NCBI GenBank assembly: GCA_039208735.1
Contig: JBCCQY010000002.1
Coordinates: 111,429-175,428, forward strand
From: Myxococcota bacterium
Lineage (GTDB): Bacteria; Myxococcota_A; UBA796; GCA-2862545
Direction of reading: 5' to 3'
DNA: 64,000 nucleotides
The notes under the pieces are model-generated. The model saw nothing but the letters and a program-made list of their open reading frames with translations, did not search any database and had not been told where the DNA came from. The position numbers were made by a program, and so were the translations under genes. Shown piece after piece: positions 1 to 10,486 of this stretch. Positions within the stretch are counted from its first letter, which is position 1, and the number at the start of each line of letters is the position of its first letter.

Positions 1-1216
<1,216 letters not shown>

Positions 1217-1250
1217 GCAGCAAGCCTGGCCCGGGAGGAGGGTTCGCCAC

Positions 1251-3740
1251 TCAAGAGGCGAACCACCTCCGAGAATACTCGATGGCGAGCCTCGGATCGG
1301 CAGAAAGGGTGTCGAATCGAGCCGCCCACTCAGCAAATGCGAGGGCATCCTTTTTGGCGACCACCTTCACAATCTCGATCGTCTGATCGTTGGCCTCGTA
1401 CGTTTTCGGCAACGGCTCGAGTCGGGACAACGCCTCTCTGGACTTTCCGTTTCCGACGAGGGCCAGGGCGTGGAACGCCGAAACAAGCGGGTAAGTGGTT
1501 GGATCATCGGGCAGGCAGGTTTCGAGGGCAAGCTCCAGGTACTCCAACGCCAAGGCGAACTGTCCCCGCTTGAGTTGCAGTTGTCCAAGGCTGAAATTCG
1601 CTTCCCCAACCATGTAGGCCCGACCGAGACGACGACCGAGTTCACGAGCCTCCACAATGTGCTCCTCGGCCATGGTTTGGTCGGGCTCCATCGACGCACA
1701 ATTGAGCAACGTGTGGAAGAGCAGTTGGCGCGTCGCATGCTCGCGAGCCACGGGAAGCAATTCGCTGAACCGCTGGTGGGCGGCTTCGTTTCGACCCAAT
1801 TCCCCGAGCACCATGCCCTCACACATCTTGAGCACGACCCAGCTCGAGGTCCCTTCGTATGCGGTGACTTGATCGAGTTGGCGGCGGACGAACGACAGTG
1901 CTTCGTCAAGCCGATTGAGCGAAACGAGCCCGTTGACCACAATATTCGAGAGCGCCACGCGCTGCTCAAGGGGAGCGTCCCCCAGCTGCGGCATTCCAGT
2001 CAGGGCGACGGTCACGGCTCGATTCGCATCGCCCGTGAGATAAAACGAACGCGCCACACTATCGAGCACCTTGGCTCGAAGTCTCGGAGACAGTTCTTGA
2101 GTTTCGGCGTACGTTTGCAATGCCTCTGCCTCAGAGGCCAACGCGACCACACCGTCTTGCATTCCCGTGACGTTCACGACATGGGTCCACACGTCCACAA
2201 TGACGTCGGCGTCGCCTTCGTTCAAGGCTCGGTCGAGTGCGGATCGCAATGCCGGAAGCGCGCGGTCGGCCGAATCCCCTTTCAGCGTTCGTACGGCTTG
2301 TCCCACGGCTACCCGAACGCCGAGTCTCGGCGAAAGTTCGTCTGGGTTGAGTGTATCGATCCACCCAAGCTCGCCTCGATGGGGGCCAAAGTACGCTTGG
2401 TGCTGCGTCAAGGCCAACGCCAGGAGTGCTCGCTCGTCGGCAGTATCGACGCGTGGGGTAGCCTCAAGCCATCGAGCCTTGCCTTTTCGAAGCCTTCCCA
2501 GCACGTCCTCTGACGGTGTACCAAACACGAGTTCCTCGGCTTGCTGACAGGCCAACTGCACAAATCTCTGCCAAACCTCGGCCGAAAGCTGCTGTCGAAT
2601 CACCTGACGAACCACGTCAAACAAGAACCACCGCTCACCATCGCGCAACAGCAATGACCCGTTCAGCAGCTCCTCAACGTCATCGAGCACGTCACGCCCC
2701 GCAATGTGCTCGATGTCATTTAGGTCAAACGGACCCGGAAACGTCGCGAGAAGATTCAGTACCTCACGGGCCGAGGGGTCGAGCCGGGCGGCTGCGCCAT
2801 CGATCACATTCGCCAAGGTTCTCTTTCGTCGTTCGATCAACGCCCCGTCTTCGAGGGAGGCCGCCAAACGACTCAACGGAATCCGACGCGCTAACGAAGC
2901 GGTAAGCTCGATGGCGAGGGGAATCCCGCTGGCCAGCTCCAGCACGGGACGGAGCACCGCGTCGCTCAACGTTGACGGATGCAGCTCAGACGGGGCCCTG
3001 CGTCGAAACAGTGTGGCGGCATCGGCGTGGGTGAGCGGGCCCAGGGGCAGTTGGGGCACGAGCGATGGAGCCTGACGCGCCGTGACGACGAAGAACGTGG
3101 AGCCCAACCGTGCCCAGTCCGCAATCAGCTCGAAGGCTTCGTCGGACAGTTCGTCTGCACCATCGACGATGATGAGGCCCGCATTGGCCACCGGCAGCCC
3201 GTACGCCACCATGCCTTCGTCCGCCTTGACCGGTTCGAGTTCGATGGCCTCGGCCACCAACGCCGTCAGCTCTCCTCGTGATTGGGTGCCTGCTGCATCG
3301 ATCCAAATGGTTTTCCCACTCTTACGCGCTGTCGCCCGGGCAAGCCTCGTCTTGCCGATCCCTCCTAAACCGACCACCACACACCATTGCTCCTCCAACA
3401 AAATGCGTTGGAGTTCCGAAAGCGCGACGCTTCGTCCCACCAAGCCGTGGTCGGGATCGTCGTAGCGATACCCAACCCCCACGACCGTCGAGATTAACGA
3501 AGCATCCTCTCCCAGTTTGCCCCTGAGACGGGCCACCAATTTGTCGATCGCCCGAGTCCGAATTCGAGGGGAATAGGACCAAACGTCGGCAAGCAACTCT
3601 CGACGGGACACCGTGACACCCGGCCGGGTCGCCAGGTGTCGCAAGAAATCATGCTCGAGTTTGGTCAGGCCGACCTGTTCATCGAGTCGCTGGAGCACCA
3701 AGCGGTCATCATCCAAGTTCCACGAACCGAATCTTGCCAC
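1251..3740 (-). CDS. Winged-helix (OmpR-type) DNA-binding + STAND-like P-loop NTPase + TPR regulator
   Basis: N-terminal LTKLE..FLRHL..RPG..VSRRELLADVW...RLRGKL..ISTVVGVGYR. Walker A GLGGIGKT, Walker B LIIVDGAD, GIPLAIEL, helical TPR-like C-terminus. GTG at 3740 follows GAGGA. Confidence 0.85.
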   Translation of the reverse strand: MARFGSWNLDDDRLVLQRLDEQVGLTKLEHDFLRHLATRPGVTVSRRELLADVWSYSPRIRTRAIDKLVARLRGKLGEDASLISTVVGVGYRYDDPDHGLVGRSVALSELQRILLEEQWCVVVGLGGIGKTRLARATARKSGKTIWIDAAGTQSRGELTALVAEAIELEPVKADEGMVAYGLPVANAGLIIVDGADELSDEAFELIADWARLGSTFFVVTARQAPSLVPQLPLGPLTHADAATLFRRRAPSELHPSTLSDAVLRPVLELASGIPLAIELTASLARRIPLSRLAASLEDGALIERRKRTLANVIDGAAARLDPSAREVLNLLATFPGPFDLNDIEHIAGRDVLDDVEELLNGSLLLRDGERWFLFDVVRQVIRQQLSAEVWQRFVQLACQQAEELVFGTPSEDVLGRLRKGKARWLEATPRVDTADERALLALALTQHQAYFGPHRGELGWIDTLNPDELSPRLGVRVAVGQAVRTLKGDSADRALPALRSALDRALNEGDADVIVDVWTHVVNVTGMQDGVVALASEAEALQTYAETQELSPRLRAKVLDSVARSFYLTGDANRAVTVALTGMPQLGDAPLEQRVALSNIVVNGLVSLNRLDEALSFVRRQLDQVTAYEGTSSWVVLKMCEGMVLGELGRNEAAHQRFSELLPVAREHATRQLLFHTLLNCASMEPDQTMAEEHIVEARELGRRLGRAYMVGEANFSLGQLQLKRGQFALALEYLELALETCLPDDPTTYPLVSAFHALALVGNGKSREALSRLEPLPKTYEANDQTIEIVKVVAKKDALAFAEWAARFDTLSADPRLAIEYSRRWFAS

Positions 3741-3860
3741 TATATCCTCATCCTGGTCCGGACTTCCCAAAGGGCAGCGCATTCTTTAACGCTATTGGCG
3801 CACCAGGTCTTCGAAGCACAGGATAAGTCGAATGCCTCATCGAGCCTCAGGGCCAAGCGA

Positions 3861-4160
3861 TCATCCGAGGCCATCAGGCAGAAGCTTGTGTAGTGCGTCG
3901 AGATAGGCGAGAAACGCGTCACGGCCAGGCTCGGTCAACGAGACCCGCGTCTGGGGCTTTCGTTCGACGAACCGTTTTTCGACTGCGACATAGCCCGCCT
4001 TCTCGAGCTTCCCGAGGTGGCTGGCCAAGTTTCCATCGGTCGCCCCGAGCTGGTCACGCAGCACAGTGAATGCAATTCGCTCGACGGGAATCAATGCGCT
4101 CATGATGGCGAGCCGAAGGGGGGCATGAATCACCGGATCAAGGGCCTTCGGGTCACCCAC
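3861..4160 (-). CDS. Small winged-helix transcriptional regulator (HTH_34/MarR-like)
   Basis: LDPVIHAPLRLAIMSAL...FTVLRDQLGATDGNLASHLGKLEKAGYV..EKRFVERKPQT is typical of this family. Confidence 0.88.
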   Translation of the reverse strand: MGDPKALDPVIHAPLRLAIMSALIPVERIAFTVLRDQLGATDGNLASHLGKLEKAGYVAVEKRFVERKPQTRVSLTEPGRDAFLAYLDALHKLLPDGLG

Positions 4161-4725
4161 GGGCCGCCCGCATCATCCAGATGCCCGGCACGACGTAGCC
4201 GAGCAGGAGGACGACGGCGAACAGCGCAAACTGAAGCTGCCAAGTAAGGAACCAGCTCATTATTCCCGCGATGAGAAACAGCACCGCAGACCCGGTCACG
4301 GGACGATAACGATACAGCGCCCCGGCGGTGGCCAGCGCGACCGCGAGGATCGAGCAGAGAATCGGAACAATGGCGGCGGGGGGGAGCATGCCAGACGCGG
4401 GACCTCCGAACGCCAGCGCCCCCATGGCCAAGCCTGTGAACAGCCAGGTCCGGGCCTCGACACGATTGGCGTAGGTGAAGACGCGATTGGCCTGTTGGCG
4501 GCCACGGAAGATGGAGTACGCCACCGCGGCGGGGGTCGTCATGAACCACGCCATCCACGGCTGGGAAAAGCCCCATCGATCGAGCATGACCTGGCCGAGG
4601 AGCGCCGCAATCACCACGACCGCCCAGACGACATAGATGTCTCCGGTGCGAATCCGATCATGGCGCGATCGTTCTACCATCTCGCGGATTGCTGCGAGGT
4701 GGCTTGCGGCGTCCTCGGTCTTCAT
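4153..4725 (-). CDS. Multi-pass membrane protein of unknown function
   Basis: HLAAIREMVERS N-terminus followed by about 6 hydrophobic segments. Coupled to neighbours on both sides. Confidence 0.75.
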   Translation of the reverse strand: MKTEDAASHLAAIREMVERSRHDRIRTGDIYVVWAVVVIAALLGQVMLDRWGFSQPWMAWFMTTPAAVAYSIFRGRQQANRVFTYANRVEARTWLFTGLAMGALAFGGPASGMLPPAAIVPILCSILAVALATAGALYRYRPVTGSAVLFLIAGIMSWFLTWQLQFALFAVVLLLGYVVPGIWMMRAARG

Positions 4726-4726
4726 T

Positions 4727-5260
4727 TCAGGCTCCCTGGCCAAGCGCTCCCAAGTACACCATGACCCCTGCCCTCACACTGGGGCCTCGAACCACATCGA
4801 GGACTCCGCGCCCACCTTGGCTGCCGAACTCAACGGAAAGCGCGGTGCGGGGAGCAAGGCGCACCTCGATTCCGTAGTGCCCCCCGCCGCCCAGGGCAGG
4901 CTCCCCTTGTGCGTCAACCCCGACCAACAGTCCCCCTCCTCCTACAACGCGCAGAATGCCGAGGAGCACAGGGCCACGGCCAAACAGCGAGATCCCTCCC
5001 ATCCACACCACGGGATCGGCCGAAGACACGGCAAGGCCGCGTAGGCGCGCGCCGAAGAACTGCCCGGCCCGCCTGCCGAATGGCACATCGAGACGGATCC
5101 CGTACCCCGTACCCCGACCCAGGGTCCCGCCATCGGCACCAAAGCCCAGGCCCCGCCATTTGCGGTTGATCGCGGCGACCTCCTGGGGCGATGCCAATGG
5201 ACCCGTCGTCACGTCAGGCGGACTTGCCAGGGCGGTGAGGGCAAGGAAGCAAGAAAACAC
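4727..5260 (-). CDS. Secreted hypothetical protein, possibly a small beta-barrel
   Basis: Signal-like N-terminus after a GGAGG RBS. Gly-rich alternating hydrophobic strands. Confidence 0.6.
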   Translation of the reverse strand: MFSCFLALTALASPPDVTTGPLASPQEVAAINRKWRGLGFGADGGTLGRGTGYGIRLDVPFGRRAGQFFGARLRGLAVSSADPVVWMGGISLFGRGPVLLGILRVVGGGGLLVGVDAQGEPALGGGGHYGIEVRLAPRTALSVEFGSQGGRGVLDVVRGPSVRAGVMVYLGALGQGA

Positions 5261-5275
5261 ATCGACCTCCAACTT

Positions 5276-5306
5276 TTCAAAGTACTTTGAAGTGCAAAGT
5301 ATAGCA
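5276..5306 (-). promoter_or_regulatory. Extended -10 promoter overlapped by palindromic operators
   Basis: Minus-strand TGCTATACT (5298-5306), perfect palindrome TTCAAAGTACTTTGAA (5276-5291) and ACTTTG-N5-CAAAGT (5284-5300), in an AT-rich patch just upstream of the 3-gene operon. Confidence 0.7.
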
Positions 5307-5763
5307 GAGACGAGCGTCGTGGATGCACATTCAATCGGATGGAGGCCATATGTAGGTGTGGCTCGCGTGTGGAGTAGCGTCGGACGCGTATCGGGGGCGC
5401 TCCGTGTTTGCCGTTTCAGGCCGAACCCTACTGCGGAACCTCTACGCGCCCTGCCCCCGCGATATCCGCATTCCGCTTGAACGGGTTCGCTACGTCAGCG
5501 GGACTTTGTGTACGGCATGCGCAAGAGCCTGGAAACATCGCTCACAGAGGTGGTGATCGTGGTCCGCCCCGAAGGTTCCGTGACGACGGCGGTACTTCGT
5601 AGGGCGGCCACACTCACACCGATGTCGATCCCGACGCATCGGGGCTCGCCGGCACTGACGTTCGAAGAGTGCGTCCAAAAGGTCTCCCGCAGCCTGGGCC
5701 AATGTCCCAGGTTGGATCGGGAGAGTCCCGTCCGTCAACCTCGGCGTCCAACGAGCCGGACCA

Positions 5764-7419
5764 TCAGGCCATCCGTCCAACCCCGGCAAATCGAATGCCG
5801 GCGAGCGCGGCCGTAGTCTCGTCACACGTAGACAGATCCGAAGGTTGAAACTTGCGGAATGCATCGTGACCGCAAGCTCGCGCCAACACCTTCATCAGTT
5901 CGGTGGCCCCGATGAAGAAATTGGCCAAGCGCGTGGCGCTAGCTTCCACCACAAGCCGCTTGCGAAGGTGTTCCTTGCGGGTCGCGATGCCGACGGGACA
6001 GTTGTTCGTGTTGCAAGCCCGCATGCCAAGGCAACCGATGGCCTGCAGGGCCGCGTTGGAGACCGCAATGGCGTCTGCTCCGAGCATCAGGGCCTTCACA
6101 AAGTCGGTAGGAACGCGCAGGCCGCCGGTCACGATCAAAGTCACCGGCTTGTCGCTGCTCCGCCCCCGGCCGATTCGCTCCAGGTAGTGTCGGGCGCGCG
6201 CCAGCGCGGGAATGGTCGGCACGCTGATGTGGTCACGGAAGATGACCGGAGCCGCGCCCGTTCCCCCTCCACGACCGTCCAAGATGATGTAGTCGGCGGT
6301 CGACTCGATCGCGAAGTCGATGTCGTCTTCGATGTGCTGACCGCTCATCTTGAAGCCGATGGGGATGCCGCCGGTCGCGTCTCGTACCTCATCCGCGACC
6401 CGTCGGAAGTCGGCCGGGGTCGAGAGATCGGTGAACGTGGCCGGTGAAATGGCGCTCTGTCCCACCTCGATGCCACGAACCTGTGCAATGCGCGCATCGA
6501 CCTTGTGGCCCGGCAGGTGACCCCCCGTGCCCGTCTTGGCTCCCTGACCCGCCTTGAAGTGCATGGCTTGCGACTTCTGGGCATTCGCGATGGACCAGCC
6601 AAACCGACCGCTGGCCAGTTCAAGCAGATAGCGCGAGTTCGCCTGCTGCTCCTCGGGTAGCATGCCCCCCTCTCCCGAGCAGATCCCCGTTCCCGCACGC
6701 TCCGCGCCCTTGGCGAGCGCGAGCTTGGCTTCCTCCGAGATCGCTCCAAAGCTCATGTCGCTGACGAACAACGGAATCTCGAGTTCGAGCGGCTTGTTGC
6801 ACGCCGGACCGATCACCGTTCGCGTGTCGACGGGATGGTCATCGAGCAACGGCTTGCGCCGCAGCTGGGCCGTCAGAATCTGAAGATCGTCCCAGGCGGG
6901 CAGTTTGTGGTGCGGAACCCCCATGGCCACGGTGACCCCGTGGTGCCCCACTCCGGCGATGCCTTCCCGGGCGAGGCGTTGGATGAACGCGTTGTGGGGC
7001 TCGTCAGGCGTGCCGTGGGGGTCTTGGTAGTCACCAAGGTACGCATCGCGGTTGAAGGGCTGTGGATGCTCGGTGCGCCACCGTGCGACTTCATCCGCAT
7101 CGACGGTCACAGACCGTTGGCCATCGACATCCTCAATCCACGCCGAGAATTTCTCGAGAACCTCGTCGTTTTTGTACTCAGAGACACCGGTGTCGAAACG
7201 GTAGTCCCAGTTATGAAGGCCGCAAACGAGGTTGCCACCTTGGATATGACCATCGGCGAGTAGGGCACCCCGATGGAGGCAACGCCCATAGAGCACCGAG
7301 ACCTGATCAGCGCCATCGCGTTCATAGCGAACGATCACGAGGTCGACGTTGGCGACCCGAGCGGGGGTGGGAGTGAGGGCGGGCAGCTGGTTCCAACGGG
7401 CCACGACCACGCGATTCAT
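5764..7419 (-). CDS. FMN-binding glutamate synthase family (GltB2-like) protein with N-terminal Rieske domain
   Basis: Rieske CLH...CGLHNW. Core motifs DMSFGAISEEAK, SGEGGML, KAGQGAKTGTGGHLPGHKV, DGRGGGTGAAP and [3Fe-4S] CLGMRACNTNNCPVG. ATG at 7419 follows GGAGGAG. Confidence 0.92.
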   Translation of the reverse strand: MNRVVVARWNQLPALTPTPARVANVDLVIVRYERDGADQVSVLYGRCLHRGALLADGHIQGGNLVCGLHNWDYRFDTGVSEYKNDEVLEKFSAWIEDVDGQRSVTVDADEVARWRTEHPQPFNRDAYLGDYQDPHGTPDEPHNAFIQRLAREGIAGVGHHGVTVAMGVPHHKLPAWDDLQILTAQLRRKPLLDDHPVDTRTVIGPACNKPLELEIPLFVSDMSFGAISEEAKLALAKGAERAGTGICSGEGGMLPEEQQANSRYLLELASGRFGWSIANAQKSQAMHFKAGQGAKTGTGGHLPGHKVDARIAQVRGIEVGQSAISPATFTDLSTPADFRRVADEVRDATGGIPIGFKMSGQHIEDDIDFAIESTADYIILDGRGGGTGAAPVIFRDHISVPTIPALARARHYLERIGRGRSSDKPVTLIVTGGLRVPTDFVKALMLGADAIAVSNAALQAIGCLGMRACNTNNCPVGIATRKEHLRKRLVVEASATRLANFFIGATELMKVLARACGHDAFRKFQPSDLSTCDETTAALAGIRFAGVGRMA

Positions 7420-7509
7420 GGACTCCTCCGATTGTCTAGGAGACTCTACCGGGAACTTGCGCCCCGATGAGTCCAGTGTGCGAAGATCGGTCCCCCCCCC
7501 GGAGGAGAC

Positions 7510-7986
7510 ATGTTGCGCATCACTGCACTTTGGGCCCTGTTGACGGGCTGCGTCGGCACCGAGCCAGACACGACCCCAACCGACGAGACGGCCACGCCAA
7601 CCGAGACCCTCCCTACAGCCGAAACCGGCGAGAAAAAGAGCCCCGATACCCCGCCGGTCGTCACGATTACGATGCCCAAAAAGGCACAATCCTCGTTGTT
7701 CTACGACGGCTACGACAACGACGCGATGCTCTGGTACAAAGACGTGACCTTCGAGGGCACCGCCACGGACGCCGAAGACGGCGAACTCTCCGGAGCATCG
7801 TTGGTTTGGACGACCAACAAGTCCGGCATTCAAGAAGCCGAACTGGGCACGGGCGGATCGATTACCGCGCGGCTCTACAGCGACGACTGCTTTGGAGCCA
7901 CGCACAACATCACGCTGACGGGGACGGACAGCGACGGCAATGCCGTCTCTGCCGTCGTCGAGATCTTCATCTACACCGTCTGCTGA
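7510..7986 (+). CDS. Lipoprotein with Ig-like domain
   Basis: Lipobox LLTGC, Thr/Pro linker, ATDAEDG...LVW...HNITLTGTDSDG. GGAGG RBS. Confidence 0.8.
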   Translation: MLRITALWALLTGCVGTEPDTTPTDETATPTETLPTAETGEKKSPDTPPVVTITMPKKAQSSLFYDGYDNDAMLWYKDVTFEGTATDAEDGELSGASLVWTTNKSGIQEAELGTGGSITARLYSDDCFGATHNITLTGTDSDGNAVSAVVEIFIYTVC

Positions 7987-7989
7987 AGA

Positions 7990-9282
7990 CTACGGAAGGA
8001 TCTCGTTGGGCGCGATCGTCGTGAGGGTCGTGCTCCCAAGCACGACCGACCGGTCGGTGGCGGCGGTGTTGTTGTCTCCACCCAGAACGACGGACTCAAG
8101 GCCCGAGGCGATGTTGAGGGCCCCGCCGACGACCGCCGAAGTCACGCCGGGCGCCTGATTGGCGTTGCCAGACAGAATGACCGCGGCAAGGCCGTCATTG
8201 AGGTTGAACGCACCGCCCACGACGACCGCCGAGAATCCGTTGGTGCCGGTCTGGTTGGACTGACCACCCACCACCGACGACAGAATGCCGGTGGTGGTGT
8301 TGCTCACGCCTCCAAGCACGGTAGAAGCGGGGCCCAACGCCTGGTTGCCCGAACCGAAGGCCACCGAGAAGTCGGTGATGACGTTGTCGAGGCCTGACAC
8401 CATGGAAGCCACGCCCGTCCACTCGTGACCATCGCCGATGATCAGGTTGTGGCTCCCCGTCCGCACCGGGTTGGCCACGGGCGGGTTGTTGGCCGGGTCA
8501 GGCAAGGCATTGTAACCGATAACCAGATTACCAAGTCCCGTAAGCGCCCCATCGTCGTCGGTGAAGCCCGAGCCCGACTGGACGAACAGGTTGGCCCCGC
8601 TGAAGACGATCTCGTTGTTCATCGTGTCGACCGTCACGTAGCTGAGCAAGTCGCTCGCATCCCCCAACCCATCGAGATCCGACTGGGTCAGGTAATCGGC
8701 CTCGATGACCGCGATACGATCTTCGACCGCCTGGAGGTCGGGCGGAGTGTTGACGTTGGCCAAGACGAAGGCCTCGGTGGCCAAGCCCACCAAGTCGCCC
8801 GCGGTGAGGTAATCGGCCTCGATGAACGACACGCGCGTCGACACCGCCGCCGTTGCGTCCGACAGCGCCGTCGCCGTGGCCTGCGTCAGGTAATCCACCT
8901 CGATGGCCCCTACGCGCGCCGACACCGCATCGGTCGCGTTCGTGAGCGCCACCGCATCCTTCTGGGTGAGGTAGTCCACCTCGATGTCGGCAACCCGTTG
9001 TTCGAGGTCCGTCGGAAGGGCATCGACCGCCATCTGTAGCGCATCATCAGCCGCTTCCAGCTCTGCATCCGCATCTTCGAGTTCAAGATCCTTGGCTTCA
9101 AGCGCCGTAACCGCCGTTTCAAGTTGGGTGCGCAAGTCCTCAATCTCGTCCGTGGCGTCCATCAACGCGTTCTCGAGATCATCGAGACGCTGCTGGTCGG
9201 CGTCCGAGGTGCCACCGAACGAACAGGCGACCGAGGTGAGCGGGATCAGCGAAAACAGCATCAAACGAAGCATAATGACCAT
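7990..9282 (-). CDS. Putative lipid-anchored fibre/adhesin: coiled coil + IE[VA]DYLT repeats + Gly-rich beta-repeat head
   Basis: Lipobox-like SVAC, heptad coiled coil, 4 IE[VA]DYLT repeats, C-terminal SxV[LV]GGxxN repeats. Confidence 0.75.
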   Translation of the reverse strand: MVIMLRLMLFSLIPLTSVACSFGGTSDADQQRLDDLENALMDATDEIEDLRTQLETAVTALEAKDLELEDADAELEAADDALQMAVDALPTDLEQRVADIEVDYLTQKDAVALTNATDAVSARVGAIEVDYLTQATATALSDATAAVSTRVSFIEADYLTAGDLVGLATEAFVLANVNTPPDLQAVEDRIAVIEADYLTQSDLDGLGDASDLLSYVTVDTMNNEIVFSGANLFVQSGSGFTDDDGALTGLGNLVIGYNALPDPANNPPVANPVRTGSHNLIIGDGHEWTGVASMVSGLDNVITDFSVAFGSGNQALGPASTVLGGVSNTTTGILSSVVGGQSNQTGTNGFSAVVVGGAFNLNDGLAAVILSGNANQAPGVTSAVVGGALNIASGLESVVLGGDNNTAATDRSVVLGSTTLTTIAPNEILP

Positions 9283-9347
9283 CCATCGTGGGAAGGGGCA
9301 GCCAAAGTAGCCGGTCGATGCAGGATCAGCTGGCAGAAGTTGACCGC

Positions 9348-10478
9348 CTAATCTTCCCCGCTTTCTTCCTCGGGTTCTGGCAGCAGCGACTTACGAATGC
9401 GGTGCCACACATACCCGGCATCCGAACCGGGATCGTCCCATCGACCTGAGAACCTTCCGCAAAAGCTCGATTTCAAGATCTCCGCGAGGAGCGCATCGTC
9501 GGCCTTCTCCATGAGCGGATGCTTGAGATAAATGCACACTTCATCGGTGGCCCGAACCGACAGGCCCGCTACGAGCTCTTTGGCATCGCGAACCTCGTTA
9601 GCGAGCTTCACGATGGTCTTGAGCCGTGCCTTCGAGACCTCGGGATGCCGCCGATGCAGCAACTTGACCTCTTCCTCCGCGGGCAGGTAGGTCACCTGAA
9701 GAGGCGCAAAGCGGTCGAGTTGGGCCGCATCGATCGAAAAGGTTCCGGTGAACGCCGACCCCCGATTGACTGCGGCCACAAACTGTACGTTGTCAGGAAT
9801 GTCGAGGAACGCGTTGGTGACAGGATCGAAGAGCTTCCGAGTGCTGTCCAACGCGGGCATCAGCGTATTGCGCGCGGCTTCTGGACAACGATTCAGCTCG
9901 TCGAGGAACACGAGGTAGCGCCCATCGTCCTCGCGCGCCTCGAACAGCGCGGCCCGCAGGTCCGTCGAGACGAAATCGGTGATGGGCACCCCACCTTCAC
10001 CGGCTCGGACTTGAATCGTGGCCATGAAGTCGGTCGCTTCAATGACCGAACTGCAGTTGAAGAATACGAACCGCATGCCCAACGTCTCGGAGATTGCGCG
10101 GGCGAGAACAGTTTTCCCAGAGCCCTGTGGACCATCGAGCAGAATGTTGAGGCCACTTTCGAGAAGCACCTGTAGCTTTCGCGAAACCACAGGATCCAGA
10201 TAGATCCCATCGATCTGAAGCGCATGGGCCCGCACGAACTCCACCTCGATCCAGCCCCGGTCGCTCCGTTCGGGTTTGTGGACCTCGACAATGCGCACCT
10301 CGGTCCGCATACCAGGTCGAATGCGCGGATCGTCGGACAATACGACTTTGGGAGCGCGCTTACCGTCGAGGTGAGTCGCCCGATAACGGTATTTGGAGCT
10401 ATCAACCGGGTTGACGAAAAACGTGGTGGACATCGTCTTACCGACGTGGATCTCGTGGACCTTCCACTTGCCGCTCAT
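9348..10478 (-). CDS. MoxR-family AAA+ ATPase with extra N-terminal beta-rich domain
   Basis: Walker A GPQGSGKT, Walker B VFLDELNR, FVAAVN, AQLDRF, GLSVR. Confidence 0.9.
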   Translation of the reverse strand: MSGKWKVHEIHVGKTMSTTFFVNPVDSSKYRYRATHLDGKRAPKVVLSDDPRIRPGMRTEVRIVEVHKPERSDRGWIEVEFVRAHALQIDGIYLDPVVSRKLQVLLESGLNILLDGPQGSGKTVLARAISETLGMRFVFFNCSSVIEATDFMATIQVRAGEGGVPITDFVSTDLRAALFEAREDDGRYLVFLDELNRCPEAARNTLMPALDSTRKLFDPVTNAFLDIPDNVQFVAAVNRGSAFTGTFSIDAAQLDRFAPLQVTYLPAEEEVKLLHRRHPEVSKARLKTIVKLANEVRDAKELVAGLSVRATDEVCIYLKHPLMEKADDALLAEILKSSFCGRFSGRWDDPGSDAGYVWHRIRKSLLPEPEEESGED

Positions 10479-10486
10479 GAACTCTC

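Noticed and set aside
5508..5816. 102-aa ORF faintly resembling a TonB-C-like domain (VVIVVRPEGSV...FEECV)
   Set aside because: No clear RBS, it overlaps the convergent gene, and the resemblance is too weak. It could be a gene remnant.
7420..7905. N-terminal extension of the glutamate-synthase-like ORF
   Set aside because: It overlaps the real lipoprotein gene on the other strand, and a strong RBS supports the start at 7419.
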